Below the pieces are notes generated by a model. That model saw only the letters and a list, made by a program, of their open reading frames with translations. It ran no database searches and was not told the origin of the DNA. A stretch of DNA of 34,351 bases, from contig NW_005201338.1 of NCBI RefSeq assembly GCF_000372725.1, positions 1 to 34,351 of the forward strand, read 5' to 3'. The position numbers were made by a program, and so were the translations under genes. The DNA is from Emiliania huxleyi CCMP1516. Its lineage: Eukaryota. This document shows positions 1-9,984 of the stretch, one piece after another (within the stretch, counting starts at the first letter, position 1; each line of letters begins with the position of its first letter).

Positions 1-912
1 AACCCTAACCCTAACCCTAACCCTAACCCTAACCCTAACCCTAACCCTAACCCTAACCCTAACCCTAACCCTAACCCTAACCCTAACCCTAACCCTAACC
101 CTAACCCTAACCCTAACCCTAACCCTAACCCTAACCCTAACCCTAACCCTAACCCTAACCCTAACCCTAACCCTAACCCTAACCCTAACCCTAACCCTAA
201 CCCTAACCCTAACCCTAACCCTAACCCCAACCCTAACCCTAACCCTAACCCTAACCCTAACCCTAACCCTAACCCTAACCCTAACCCTAACCCTAACCCT
301 AACCCTAACCCCAACCCTAACCCTAATTCTAACCCTAACCCTAACCCTAACCCTAACCCTAACCCTAACCCTAACCCTAACCCTAACCCTAACCCTAACC
401 CTAACCCTAACCCTAACCCTAACCCTAACCCTAACCCTAACCCTAACCCTAACCCTAACCCTAACCCTAACCCTAACCCTAACCCTAACCCTAACCCTAA
501 CCCTAACCCTAACCCTAACCCTAACCCTAACCCTAACCCTAACCCTAACCCTAACCCTAACCCTAACCCTAACCCTAACCCTAACCCTAACCCTAACCCT
601 AACCCTAACCCTAACCCTAACCCTAACCCTAACCCTAACCCTAACCCTAACCCTAACCCTAACCCTAACCCTAACCCTAACCCTAACCCTAACCCTAACC
701 CTAACCCTAACCCTAACCCTAACCCTAACCCTAACCCTAACCCTAACCCTAACCCTAACCCTAACCCTAACCCTAACCCTAACCCTAACCCTAACCCTAA
801 CCCTAACCCTAACCCTAACCCTAACCCTAACCCTAACCCTAACCCTAGCCCGAACTAACCCAAACCCTAACCCTAACCCTAACCCTAACCCTAACCCTAA
901 CCCTAACCCTAA
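1..912 (+). repeat. Telomere, (CCCTAA)n = TTAGGG-type, C-rich strand; left chromosome end
   Basis: About 150 near-perfect CCCTAA units from base 1. A few variants occur (CCCCAA, TTCTAA near 325, a degenerate patch at ~845-865). The array ends at 912 before gtggatcc. Confidence 0.99.
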
Positions 913-1645
913 GTGGATCCTAATCTGAGACTTCGCTGCCGCTCCTGCCTGTGGACTGAGCTGCCGCTCTTGTGCTGTTGTCTGCGATACTGCCGCTGCT
1001 GCTACTCTTAACCTGCTGAGCCGTTTTGCTGCTGGCCATCCGGCTTACGAGGGGCTGGTAACACGGCTCGTAATTGGGCAGGCGCAGCAGCGCACTTTTG
1101 ATTCGTGTTCGTTGTGTGTTTTGTTGCTTTGAATGGGTTCGAAGAGGCTATCCCTTTCTTCAAACCCCATTTTGCTGTGCCGGGTCGTATCCAGGCTAGT
1201 TACAAGGCTAGTTTACCAGCGTCGAGCTCGTAGGTCCTACGAGGTCGGATCTACGAGCTCGAGGGCTTGTAACTAGCCCCGTTACCATATGCTCGTAGTT
1301 TTGCTGTGTAGAAGCGCAAGATCCGATCCTAACATTTAGGATCGGATCACAGTGTAGCTTTCGGGGGTCGGAGAACCGCCGTAAGAAACGGTCGGCTCCC
1401 CAGTGTGGCGGTCGCCCCTCGCCTCTTCGCTTCTGCCGCCGCGTGCGCGCCCAAGGGGTTGCGAGGGGCCAATCCGCGCTAGGGGATTGCAGGTCTGCCA
1501 TTGCCTCGAATTAGGATCGAATGAAGAGACGAAGCTCGCGCAACTCAGTCAAGCTCCAAAATACACTAGGCTGCCGCCTCACCTCCTGCTGGGCGCTCTT
1601 CTACTTCGCTGCCGCTCCCGTGGACTGAGCTGCCGCTCTTGTGCT
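913..1645. repeat. Telomere-adjacent sequence rich in inverted repeats, with an internal duplication
   Basis: 930-976 is duplicated at 1603-1645 (acttcgctgccgctcc..gtggactgagctgccgctcttgtgct). Perfect stems at 1194-1206/1266-1278, 1222-1233/1251-1262 and 1320-1332/1336-1348. Confidence 0.75.
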
Positions 1646-1783
1646 CGCTTTCGCCGCTCTGGCGGGTTTCGGAGGGGGGGGGGATATGACGGAAAACGGC
1701 GGGCGCATTTGGGCACATGACTGGGAGAACTCTGTGGTGGACCCGCTGGGCGAAAGGTTCTCGCAGACCGTTGCTTCCTCACA

Positions 1784-2290
1784 ATGTCGTTGAGCGGAGC
1801 GAGTGCGAGCGCGGCGGCCAAGCAGCGGCACCAGGAGCAGCGGCGAGCTGACACGAGCGCGCTCGCTGATGCGGCGAGGGGGCAGAGGCAGATGCCCGAG
1901 CTGCCGCCGTACGTGCCAGAATTTGACCTCGCGTTCATGTCTCAGATGCTGGGCGTTGGAGCCGTCCGGTCGGAGCCAGAAGACCCAGCCACTGGCGACG
2001 ACGAGACGATCATGCAGGAGGCCGCCGTCGACGTTGCCCTCCAGCTTTTGTGTTTTGACGGATGGCGAGGGGCTGCAGGCGCTGCTCGCATCTGATGAAC
2101 CGAGCGCAGATAGGGTTGCGCTGGAGGGTGCCGACAACGCGCTTGCAAACTCGGGTGCGAGGGTGGATCAGCTTTACGAACTGGTCAGGGCGAGCGAGGG
2201 AGGAGCGGCGGTGCGCCGCATGGGCGAGGCGCCGAAGGCGCCCACTATGAAAACGCATTCGGCCGTTGCTGTCGCGTTCCGTGCGTTTAG
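1784..2290 (+). pseudogene. Probable frameshifted gene relic, unknown product
   Basis: ORF 1784-2095 reads protein-like up to VDVALQL. The protein-like text continues in the next frame (CVLTDGEGLQALLASDEPSADRVALEGADNAL...). Removing one T from the run at ~2046-2049 joins the two. No family recognised. Confidence 0.35.
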
Positions 2291-2377
2291 ATCGCGATGT
2301 TTTTCGAGGTCAGACGGCAGCGAGCGACTTTTGCCTGCAGCCGTAACTCGGCCTCTGGCCGCCGACAGCGCCTAACT

Positions 2378-2495
2378 CGGGGTCTGGGGCAGAGCCCCAG
2401 CCTGGGGTCTGGGGCTGGCAGCCCCAGCGGGGTGCGGGGCAGAGCCCCGCGCGAAGAAAATTTTGAATTTATAGCACCAAAAACCGACCAAAAAG
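2378..2495. mobile_element. Fragment of a non-autonomous DNA-transposon/MITE-like repeat
   Basis: Three GGGGTCTGGGGCAGAGCCCCAG-like hairpin units followed by an AT-rich tail (gaagaaaattttgaattt). This layout is common in eukaryotic MITE interiors. Termini not identified. Confidence 0.4.
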
Positions 2496-3426
2496 AGGGC
2501 TGTGAGCTGCTGTCCAAGAGCCCCCAGACAAGAGCGCAATATACAAATCTCGTCCGTCAGATCTGTGTTTTTCTCGTTGTTTTGTCGCTCGCTCCGCTCG
2601 CCACCTCACGCTCGGCCGTCCCGCCATGGCCAGTACCCCGCGTCTCAGTGAGACGCGTGGTACCATCCAACTCCGGTCGATGGGCTCGAATGCGCTCAGC
2701 CTCAGGAGGGACAAAACCACGCGAATTCTGCACGCCTCGCTGCGCCGCTGGCTTGACTGAATCAGGCAGCAGCAGGCTGCTGCTGCTGCCACAGCAGCAG
2801 CCTGCTGCGGCCCCATTACGCAAGTTAATGACTAGCAGCACTGCCGGGGGCAACGAGCCGCCAGAGCCGGTGTGCGGCTGTGCACTGCCACCTGCCCGCG
2901 GCTACGCACAATGTGCGCTCGCATTGGATGCCCTGCTGATGGACCTGCGTCGCCTAGCTGCACGAGAGCAATGCCGTAGGCGGCGGCCGTAGCATACACT
3001 GCGAGCACACTCGGTGCAGCTGCGAGGTGCAGCAAGAGCACGTCGTTCCTGCCTCTGATGCCACTCTCGCGGCTCGTTGTACTGACGTAGCGCGTCACTC
3101 GCGCATGCTCTCCAGGAGCTATGGCGGGCGCGTGTGTGGGGCTGTAGCCTGTGTTTGGCCGGTCCTGAACACCGTTTACTATCAGTACCATGCCTGGGCC
3201 ACAAGAATCGCACACGGGGAGCGGCTCAGGGGCCCAGTAAGCCGCGGAATCGCCAAATGTCACAACCCATGCCACCCAGGGCTGGACCTAGTCTTTCAGT
3301 ATTCAGACAAGGGGCGGCCCCACACCCCACCTTCCCCACCTCAGAGGCGACGGGCGGGCGCCCAGCCCCGCAGATCCAGAGATTAAAGCGGCCCGCGAGC
3401 GAGAAATGACAAGACGTACACTCGCC

Positions 3427-4866
3427 TCACACGCCAATCTCCCTGCGAATGTCCACTAGCCGAGCGAGCGCGAGCCGCAACCGCTCAGCCGTCCCGTCCG
3501 CCTCGATCACCTCCTGGTAGGGCGACCCGCCGTACGCGTTCACGCCCACCGTCTGGTTGCCGATGATTGCCCAGATCGCCCAGCTCAGCCGCTCCGCCCT
3601 CCGCCGGGCCGGGTATGCCGCGTCGACGGGCACGTAGCTCAGCTCCTCCTCCCCCTTCGCCCTCAGCCTGTATTCGAGCGAGAGCCGCGCGGCGGACACC
3701 CCCAGCCGGAAGCTGTCTGGCCAGCCGGCCTCGGGCGCGGGCGGCATCAGCCCGAGCAGCTGCGACGGGACGGGAACCGGACCTCTCTGCCCCTCGATGT
3801 CCCGGAGCAGGCCGTCGAGCTCTGTCCACACTCTTTCCTCGAGCCCCTCGAGCATCTCGGCACCGATATCAGCTGCGGCCTCCTCCCCGCCCGCCGCCAC
3901 CCGCTCGGCCGCCTCGACGGCACCGTCCAGCAAGCGCAGCGCGGCGCTGCCCTCGTAGAGCGGGCCTCCCGACCCGTCCAGCGACGAGAGGGTGCCTCGA
4001 ATCGCCTCCTCGACGGCCGGCGCCGCCGCGGCAATCACGGCCGCCGCGGCGCTCACGTTGAGCTGGTTGAGCGGCGCGAGGTGTCCGCCGGCGTCCACCG
4101 ACACCTTGACCGCCTCGTACGGCAGGTGCGCCTCCAGTTCCGCCGCCGCCGCAGCAGCCACCAAGCGGCGCTTGACTGCACGAGCGGGCGCCGCCACCGC
4201 CGCCGTCCCCAGCACTCGCTCACTCGCTAACGCACCCGCCAGGAGCGCCTCGCAGTCGGGCAAGAGCTGCACGTCGCCGCGAGAGTACGGCAGCATCTGC
4301 GTCGGCCGCAGCACGACGCCACGCCCCAGGCCCTGCACGACCAGCGTCAGGGTGCTGTCCGCGTTCCGCTGCCCGACCGCCACCCTGCAGAGTGTGCCCA
4401 TCAGCGAGGCCTTTGAGCCCGGCTCCAGCTCGTAGCCGGGCTCGCCGAGCGACTCTGCACCGCCTGGCATCAGGACGTGCAAGTAGTAGTGCGGACCCGG
4501 CTCAGAGAGCAGGCGGTTGAACATGAGCGTGTACTGCGGCTGCCAGACGCTCATCGCGACCTGGTGGCCGGGCAGTAGGCACCAAGAGTACCGACACAAC
4601 GGAAGATCGAGGAGCAGGCCGAGCTTCTGAGCGGCCACCTTCTCTGCCGCTGCCTCGACCGCCTCCTCGGCAGGGACGTCCTCGGCGTCTGGTGCGTTGA
4701 AGCGAGCACGCAAAGAGGCGACCTGCTTGTTCCGCTGCTCGTCGTTGCCGCCAGAGAGGTCGCCGCCGCCGCCTGCTGCAGTGCCGGCCGCACCGCCACC
4801 GACCATGCGCGGCGAAGGCGCACGGCCGAGGCGCAGGGCTGTGGCGGCGCCCAGCAAGAGCAGCAT
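3427..4866 (-). CDS. Stand-alone Lon protease N-terminal (substrate-binding, PUA-like) domain protein, probably plastid-targeted; 479 aa, intronless
   Basis: LDLPLCRYSWCLLPGHQVAMSVWQPQYTLMF...MGTLCRV...DSTLTLVVQGLGRGVV...PYSRGDV matches the Lon-N pattern. No Walker A/AAA+ or protease domain. ATG 4866 gives MLLLLGAATALRLGRAPSPRM, a bipartite signal/transit-like leader. Confidence 0.75.
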   Translation of the reverse strand: MLLLLGAATALRLGRAPSPRMVGGGAAGTAAGGGGDLSGGNDEQRNKQVASLRARFNAPDAEDVPAEEAVEAAAEKVAAQKLGLLLDLPLCRYSWCLLPGHQVAMSVWQPQYTLMFNRLLSEPGPHYYLHVLMPGGAESLGEPGYELEPGSKASLMGTLCRVAVGQRNADSTLTLVVQGLGRGVVLRPTQMLPYSRGDVQLLPDCEALLAGALASERVLGTAAVAAPARAVKRRLVAAAAAAELEAHLPYEAVKVSVDAGGHLAPLNQLNVSAAAAVIAAAAPAVEEAIRGTLSSLDGSGGPLYEGSAALRLLDGAVEAAERVAAGGEEAAADIGAEMLEGLEERVWTELDGLLRDIEGQRGPVPVPSQLLGLMPPAPEAGWPDSFRLGVSAARLSLEYRLRAKGEEELSYVPVDAAYPARRRAERLSWAIWAIIGNQTVGVNAYGGSPYQEVIEADGTAERLRLALARLVDIRREIGV

Positions 4867-5262
4867 GGTCGACCGCTGAGAGCGAGGTGCGAGCCGGCGC
4901 GCCGCAAGTGCAGCGAACCGAGCAGCCAACCTGTCGGCGGAAAGCCACTGCAAGAGAAACCGCGGATCGGACTGCCACTGCTGTAAGGGGAACAACTAGA
5001 GATCCAACAAAGGGGGACAACTCGCACCGAGACAGGACACCGAGGGCAAAAGAAAACCCACAGGGCTAACACAAGCAGTCTCGGACGCAAGTATCAGCAC
5101 AAGAATCAGAACGTATTAAAAGCACCTAAAGGAGCAAGGCATACCGGTGTGAACAAGTCTCCACCGACACAACCGAAACCTTACGGCATTGATGTTTTCT
5201 TTTTTCAGCGTTCTTTCTGTTTTTGCTATGATTGAAGAGCGGCCTACGGTGGCTTCACGAAG

Positions 5263-7176
5263 TCACACCGCTCTGCTCTCCGGCGGTTCTGTGCTCCCCC
5301 GCGGCTCCGCTCTCGCCGCCAACGCGAACGGGTCCACTCCTCGCCGCAGGCTGGACAGCAGCTCCGCCGAGAGCGTGTCCCAGGACAGGAAGCCTGGCGC
5401 GGCGAGCGCAGCGCCACTCTCCGTCGAGTAGGCCTCGTGCCACGCCCGCGAGCGGCGGAGGTCGGCGGCGAGCGCTGCCACCGCGCGCGAGGCTATCTCG
5501 AGCGCGAGAGCGGTGTGGCCGTACTTTGCGAGGCCGTAGCACGCGAGCGCATTTGCGTTGAGCCACATGGGCCCCCGCCAGTTTGAGTATGGCACGATGG
5601 TGTCCGCGTTCGAGTAGCGCGGGTCCGAGGAGCTCGCCGAGCGCAGCCCGACCGCCGACAGCATGTCGGGGCCGGCGAGGCTGGCAGCGATCGCGTCGGC
5701 CTGCGACGCGTTCACCGCGCCCGCCCACAGAGGCAGCGCCATGACGTACGTGCGCGCCTCGATCCACTCGCGGCTGCTCGTGTTCCAGGCGGCGTGGTGG
5801 CCGAGGTCCTGCCGCCAGAGCCGCGCGTGCAGCGTCGCGGTCAGGTTGGCGGCGGCCGCGCGGTGAGCCGCTGCTGCGGTGCGGTGCGCGCCGCCCCAGT
5901 GCTCGCGAAAGAGGGCGGCGGCCGTGTGCTCACGGATCAGCAGCGCCATCACGTCCGCCGAGCCGAGCGTGAGCGCCTGCGAGTCGCTCCAGCAGTTCGA
6001 GCGCGCAGAGGGGCAGCGCGAGAGGACGCCGTTGTCCGCGCCGCTCTCGAGCTGGTCGTGCCACACGCGCAGCCCCGTCGCCGGGTCGCGCCGAGGCGGG
6101 CGGTCCCAAAAGGCGAGGAGCGCCGCCATCGCCGGCGCGTGGCGCTCAAAGCGGCCCGGGTCGCCGCCCGGCGCCGCGGAAGCGAGCCAGGCGCCCTGAA
6201 TCAGGACTGGCTTTGCATGCACGAGCGCGTTGCGGGCGGACGGGTCGGAGGAGCAGACGGTCGGCAGACTTGCGGTGAGGCAGCCCGTGACGCTGCCGGT
6301 GCTCCGGTTGACGGCGGCGAAGAAGTTGGCCATCGATCCCTCCAGGTACGGGCGCGAGCCGTGCGCGAGCGTCGCCACGCCAAGGAACACGGCATCCCAG
6401 TCCCACAACTGCGAATACGGGCCAGAGGGAACGAGGTACGGGAAGCGGAGTTCACCCGACGGTTCGCGCCACGTCTCGTGGGCGCGTGCGGCCGTGTGTG
6501 CAGCGCAGAGCTCCGCGTCGTCCGTCAGGTTGAACCGGGCGATGTCCCTCCCGCGGAGGACTGTGCCGTGCGCGCCCGTGGACCCGACAGCGACGACGTC
6601 CGCCCGGAAGGTCGCGCCGGGCTCGTACGCGAGCTGCGCCACCGCGGAAGCCACCGAGGACTCGTCCGACGCCCATCCCACACTCACGTGCGCGCGGAAC
6701 TGATCGAAGACGTTTGGGCTACCGAACCGGCGGACGTCGGCAATCTTTTCGGAGCGCGCCGGCTCGGGCAGCGCATAGACCCACTCCGGCACGCTCTGGT
6801 TGGGCGCGGCGAGGCGGTGCGTCGCGTTGACCACGGCGTCCGAGGCGACGCGCGCGCAGGGTGCGCTGACGTTGAGCATCGCGAATTTTCCCGCGGCGTA
6901 GGCTCGGCCGAGCGTGACGCGGCAGCGCTGAGTCGCCAGCTGCACGACGGCGGAGCGGAGGGCGCTGACCAGCGCGTCGCTGCGACACTGCCACTCGGTA
7001 AGGTATAGAGTGATGTGTGGAGTATGCTTGGTCCCAAAGTCGATCTCGTTGTTCAGCAGCCGCAGCTTCTGATTGACCGCGAGCGCCGCGGCCTTGGCGG
7101 CGCCGAGCAGAGGCAGGTGCACGTCCGCTGTGAAGGGAGCGCAGAGGCCGAGCGATAGCGCCGCGAGGAGCGCCAT
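5263..7176 (-). CDS. Secreted fusion: N-terminal 2H phosphoesterase-like domain plus C-terminal GH63/MGH1/trehalase-like (alpha/alpha)6 glycoside hydrolase; 637 aa, intronless
   Basis: Signal peptide MALLAALSLGLCA. 2H motifs HITL (~7006-7017) and HVSV (~6679-6690). GH motifs VPSGPYSQLWDWD, LESGADN, NWRGPMWLNAN, WHEAY..ESG, GFLSW. Confidence 0.8.
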   Translation of the reverse strand: MALLAALSLGLCAPFTADVHLPLLGAAKAAALAVNQKLRLLNNEIDFGTKHTPHITLYLTEWQCRSDALVSALRSAVVQLATQRCRVTLGRAYAAGKFAMLNVSAPCARVASDAVVNATHRLAAPNQSVPEWVYALPEPARSEKIADVRRFGSPNVFDQFRAHVSVGWASDESSVASAVAQLAYEPGATFRADVVAVGSTGAHGTVLRGRDIARFNLTDDAELCAAHTAARAHETWREPSGELRFPYLVPSGPYSQLWDWDAVFLGVATLAHGSRPYLEGSMANFFAAVNRSTGSVTGCLTASLPTVCSSDPSARNALVHAKPVLIQGAWLASAAPGGDPGRFERHAPAMAALLAFWDRPPRRDPATGLRVWHDQLESGADNGVLSRCPSARSNCWSDSQALTLGSADVMALLIREHTAAALFREHWGGAHRTAAAAHRAAAANLTATLHARLWRQDLGHHAAWNTSSREWIEARTYVMALPLWAGAVNASQADAIAASLAGPDMLSAVGLRSASSSDPRYSNADTIVPYSNWRGPMWLNANALACYGLAKYGHTALALEIASRAVAALAADLRRSRAWHEAYSTESGAALAAPGFLSWDTLSAELLSSLRRGVDPFALAARAEPRGSTEPPESRAV

Positions 7177-8087
7177 ATGCGCTTGCACAGACTAGCTTGC
7201 ACAGCTGTGGCGCGCAGAACGAATTTGGAGAGGGGACGCGCCCGCAGGGAAGGTAGTGCTCCGACTCGAGCGCTGCCGTACGCCCCCCCCTCGGAGACCG
7301 GTGTTACCAGGTACCCCATGTATCGGAGTTATGGCACACTTAAGAGCTGTGAACGTGAAGAGAGTGGTACCAGAACTGCGGGTCGTTGCGGCACGCATGG
7401 GGGGCCTCCCGGACGTATGATCCTAGCCCAATACGTCCCACGGAGCACATTTCGATTTTTGACAGAATTAAATGCACTGCCCCCGCACGGTACTAATAGT
7501 CGTAGTTTTGGCACCGCTGCCCTTCACCGCACCACACCGCCGCTTGACAGCCCGGGATTAGCCTAGCAGCGAGTGGGCATCGCCTGCCGGTCGGCTGGGC
7601 ACGAGCCAAGCACTTGGGCGGCCGTCAGGTGCTTGGCGGGTGCGGCTGGGAGCGGCTTTGGAATCAGGACCCCTCAGAATGGGGTCTACGAAGAGGGGGT
7701 GGCTTTGGTTGGTCACGATCGGGACGGATGACACGTCTGATGCAGACATGCGGTCACCTCGATTCCTGTTTGTTGAATGCTGATCCCCTCTTCAATGCCA
7801 GTGCAGGAGTGATAACCCATCGAGGTGGGAGCCGCCTGCGGCATACTGAATCCTCCACCAGTGGCGCAAGCCCGCTCGTCCCGACGCTCGAGCGACCGAC
7901 CGGGTGTTCGGCAGGCGGTCCGAACACGGTCGGAAAAAAAGGTCTGACGAGAACATGATCCGACCGCGTTCGACCACGTGTTCGAGTCCTACTCCGACCC
8001 TGTTCCGACCGTGATCCGACTGTTTTCCCCCGTAACTTTCTTTCGAGTGCTGTCGGTCCGTGATCTTTTTTCTTGCGCTGCGACACA

Positions 8088-8789
8088 ATGCTCGCAAAGG
8101 TGGTCGGCGGCGGTTTTTGGCCTCGCGCCGCGCGTTTGCCCACGCGTGCGCTCGCCGGCGCGCCCGGCGCGCTGCCGCACGCGTCGCGGCTACCGGTGCC
8201 CTCGCTGCTCCCGGCGGCCGCCGGCGCCCTCTTGCGGCAGCCCGCGCGCGGGCTTCTCTGCCTCAACACCCGGCTTGGGCGGGGGCGGGCGCACCGGTGG
8301 GCGATGCTGCGGAACCTCGTCAAGTCCCTCATCGAGCACGAGCGGATCAAGACGACGCACGCGCGCGCGCGCGAGCTGCGGCGAGTCGCCGATCGCGTGA
8401 TCAACTTTGGCAAGCAGGGCACGGCGCACGCGCGGGTGCAGGCGGGCAAGTATGTCTCCACCCGGCCGGAGCTGGTCAAGCTCTTCACGATCCTCGCGGA
8501 GCGATACAAGGACCGGCCCGGCGGCTACACGCGCGTGCTCAAGACGTACCCCCGCATCGGCGACTCCTCGCCGATGTCCTTTGTGGAGCTCGTGGACAGG
8601 CCCCTGCACACGCTGCGGACTCCTCCCACGCTGGCCGAGCAGCCGCAGTCGGCGTACCCCGGCCGAGGCGGGCGCAAATGGCGCGCGCACAAGCGCGACA
8701 TGCGCAGCGAGTGGCACAAGCAGGGGACACCGCGCAACACAGTCGACGCGCGTCGATATGGCTACGAGCCCGGCGCCGACCCGTCTTGA
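8088..8789 (+). CDS. MRPL17: Ribosomal protein bL17, probably mitochondrial; 233 aa
   Basis: RLGRGRAHRWAMLRNLVKSLIEHERIKTTHARARELRRVADRVI...RYKDRPGGYTRVLK...RIGDSSPMSFVELVD is the bL17 signature. The Arg/Ala/Leu-rich, acid-free N-terminal extension resembles a mitochondrial presequence. Confidence 0.93.
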   Translation: MLAKVVGGGFWPRAARLPTRALAGAPGALPHASRLPVPSLLPAAAGALLRQPARGLLCLNTRLGRGRAHRWAMLRNLVKSLIEHERIKTTHARARELRRVADRVINFGKQGTAHARVQAGKYVSTRPELVKLFTILAERYKDRPGGYTRVLKTYPRIGDSSPMSFVELVDRPLHTLRTPPTLAEQPQSAYPGRGGRKWRAHKRDMRSEWHKQGTPRNTVDARRYGYEPGADPS

Positions 8790-9273
8790 CGCAATTAGTC
8801 TGATAGATCATAACCATGTCGGCCTTGCAAGCCAGGACGTGTGCTATTGCTCCCACCCCCGCTTCTGTCTTTTCCTCTTGTGCATTCGCTCATTCGCTTG
8901 CGAAAATATTGAGATCAGGCCGCGCCGCTCAACGTGTGTCAACCCCGAGGTCAACCCCGCCCCCCCTCGCCCCTGCGCGCCCCGCGCAGGCGCACAGTCC
9001 AGTGAGCCGGAACGCGCTCACGAAAGACGAGCGCCTCACCTCCTCCCCGCCTAGCTCCGACTGCCTCCAGAGAGAGAGCGCACACACGCAGAAAGCCGAG
9101 CCCTTGGAGTTGGACCGAGAGGCGACGGGGGCCTGCGTGTGGCGTGCGCGACCGCAGGGGGCACTCACTCTCGCTCCGCTCTCTCTCTGGTGGACTGGTG
9201 CAATCGCATGGGAGACAAGACGCGTACAGACCACGGTACCTACGTATTATTGCTCCTCCACCTTCCTCTCCAC

Positions 9274-9984
9274 TTACCGTGGATCATGCACCCGCAATAT
9301 ACACACATGCACGGCCACCGCCGGCACATGCTGGCGATACCGCTCGATCTTGAGCGACGTGGGGTCGCCCGCGGCGCAGAGCTCGCGCCGGCCATCGGGA
9401 AGCCTTCCCAGCCGCTCGACTCGCAGCCTGAGGCCCGTGGAGACGTGCTCCAGAAGGAGCGGGTCGCCGAGCTGCACGCGCTGCCCCTCTGCGTGGATGC
9501 GGAGCCGTGGCGTGATGCGAAGCCACGCGGCCTCGCCCGGCTCCGCCTCGAGCGTCACGCGGCGCGCATCCTTGGAGACGTGTGCCGAGCGCCGCGTGAC
9601 GGCCAGCAGCGCGCCGCTGTACGCATTGCGCAGCTGGATGACCTGCCCGTACCTCACCTCGCGGCCGGCAGTCCGCTCGAAGGCGGCGGCATTCGCCTCG
9701 CGCTCCCTCTCTCGGTCTTCGAAGAGGCGTCTGTGCGCAGGGTCGGCGGCCAGCTCGAGCGCCGACCGGCCGACCGACTCGACCAGCGCCCGGATCTGCT
9801 TGGCAGCAGCGTAGTTGTGCTGCTGGCGCACCTCAAAGACGCATTCGCTCGCAAAGCGCGCAGAGGGCGCGGCGCCCTCGCAAGCGCCCATCTGCTCACT
9901 CCCCGGGCCGGCGACGCCGAGCAGCGCGCCTTCGCCCTCGCCCTCGCTGAGGTAGATGCGGTCGCCGACGTGCAGCGTGGCCAT
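9274..9984 (-). CDS. Inositol 1,4,5-trisphosphate receptor N-terminal (suppressor, beta-trefoil) domain without the rest of the channel; 3' end may be spliced
   Basis: LHVGDRIYL, ECVFEVRQQHNYAAAKQ, GREVRYGQVIQLRN, DARRVTLEAEPGEAAWLRITPRLRIHAEGQRVQLGDPLLL and TSLKI are colinear with IP3R residues ~1-225 (LHIGDICSL, DCLFKLCPMNRYSAQKQ, VIQYGNVIQL, NAMRVTLD, TSWKI). A GTAAGT donor overlaps the stop near 9277. Confidence 0.8.
   Translation of the reverse strand: MATLHVGDRIYLSEGEGEGALLGVAGPGSEQMGACEGAAPSARFASECVFEVRQQHNYAAAKQIRALVESVGRSALELAADPAHRRLFEDREREREANAAAFERTAGREVRYGQVIQLRNAYSGALLAVTRRSAHVSKDARRVTLEAEPGEAAWLRITPRLRIHAEGQRVQLGDPLLLEHVSTGLRLRVERLGRLPDGRRELCAAGDPTSLKIERYRQHVPAVAVHVCILRVHDPR

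Noticed and set aside
913..1600. Telomerase RNA or hammerhead ribozyme next to the telomere
   Set aside because: No 1.5-repeat template (CUAACCCU) or complete CUGANGA...GAAA core was found by eye.
2829..3300. Possible degraded gene (MTSSTAGGNEPP... and VLNTVYYQYHAW...)
   Set aside because: Fragments lie in different frames with a stop and no recognisable family. Too weak to call.
4867..4995. Upstream non-ATG extensions in the ORF track (4995, 7188, 8073, 10248, 10221, 15683)
   Set aside because: These use GTG/TTG starts. In a eukaryote the first suitable ATG gives better targeting peptides and domain starts.
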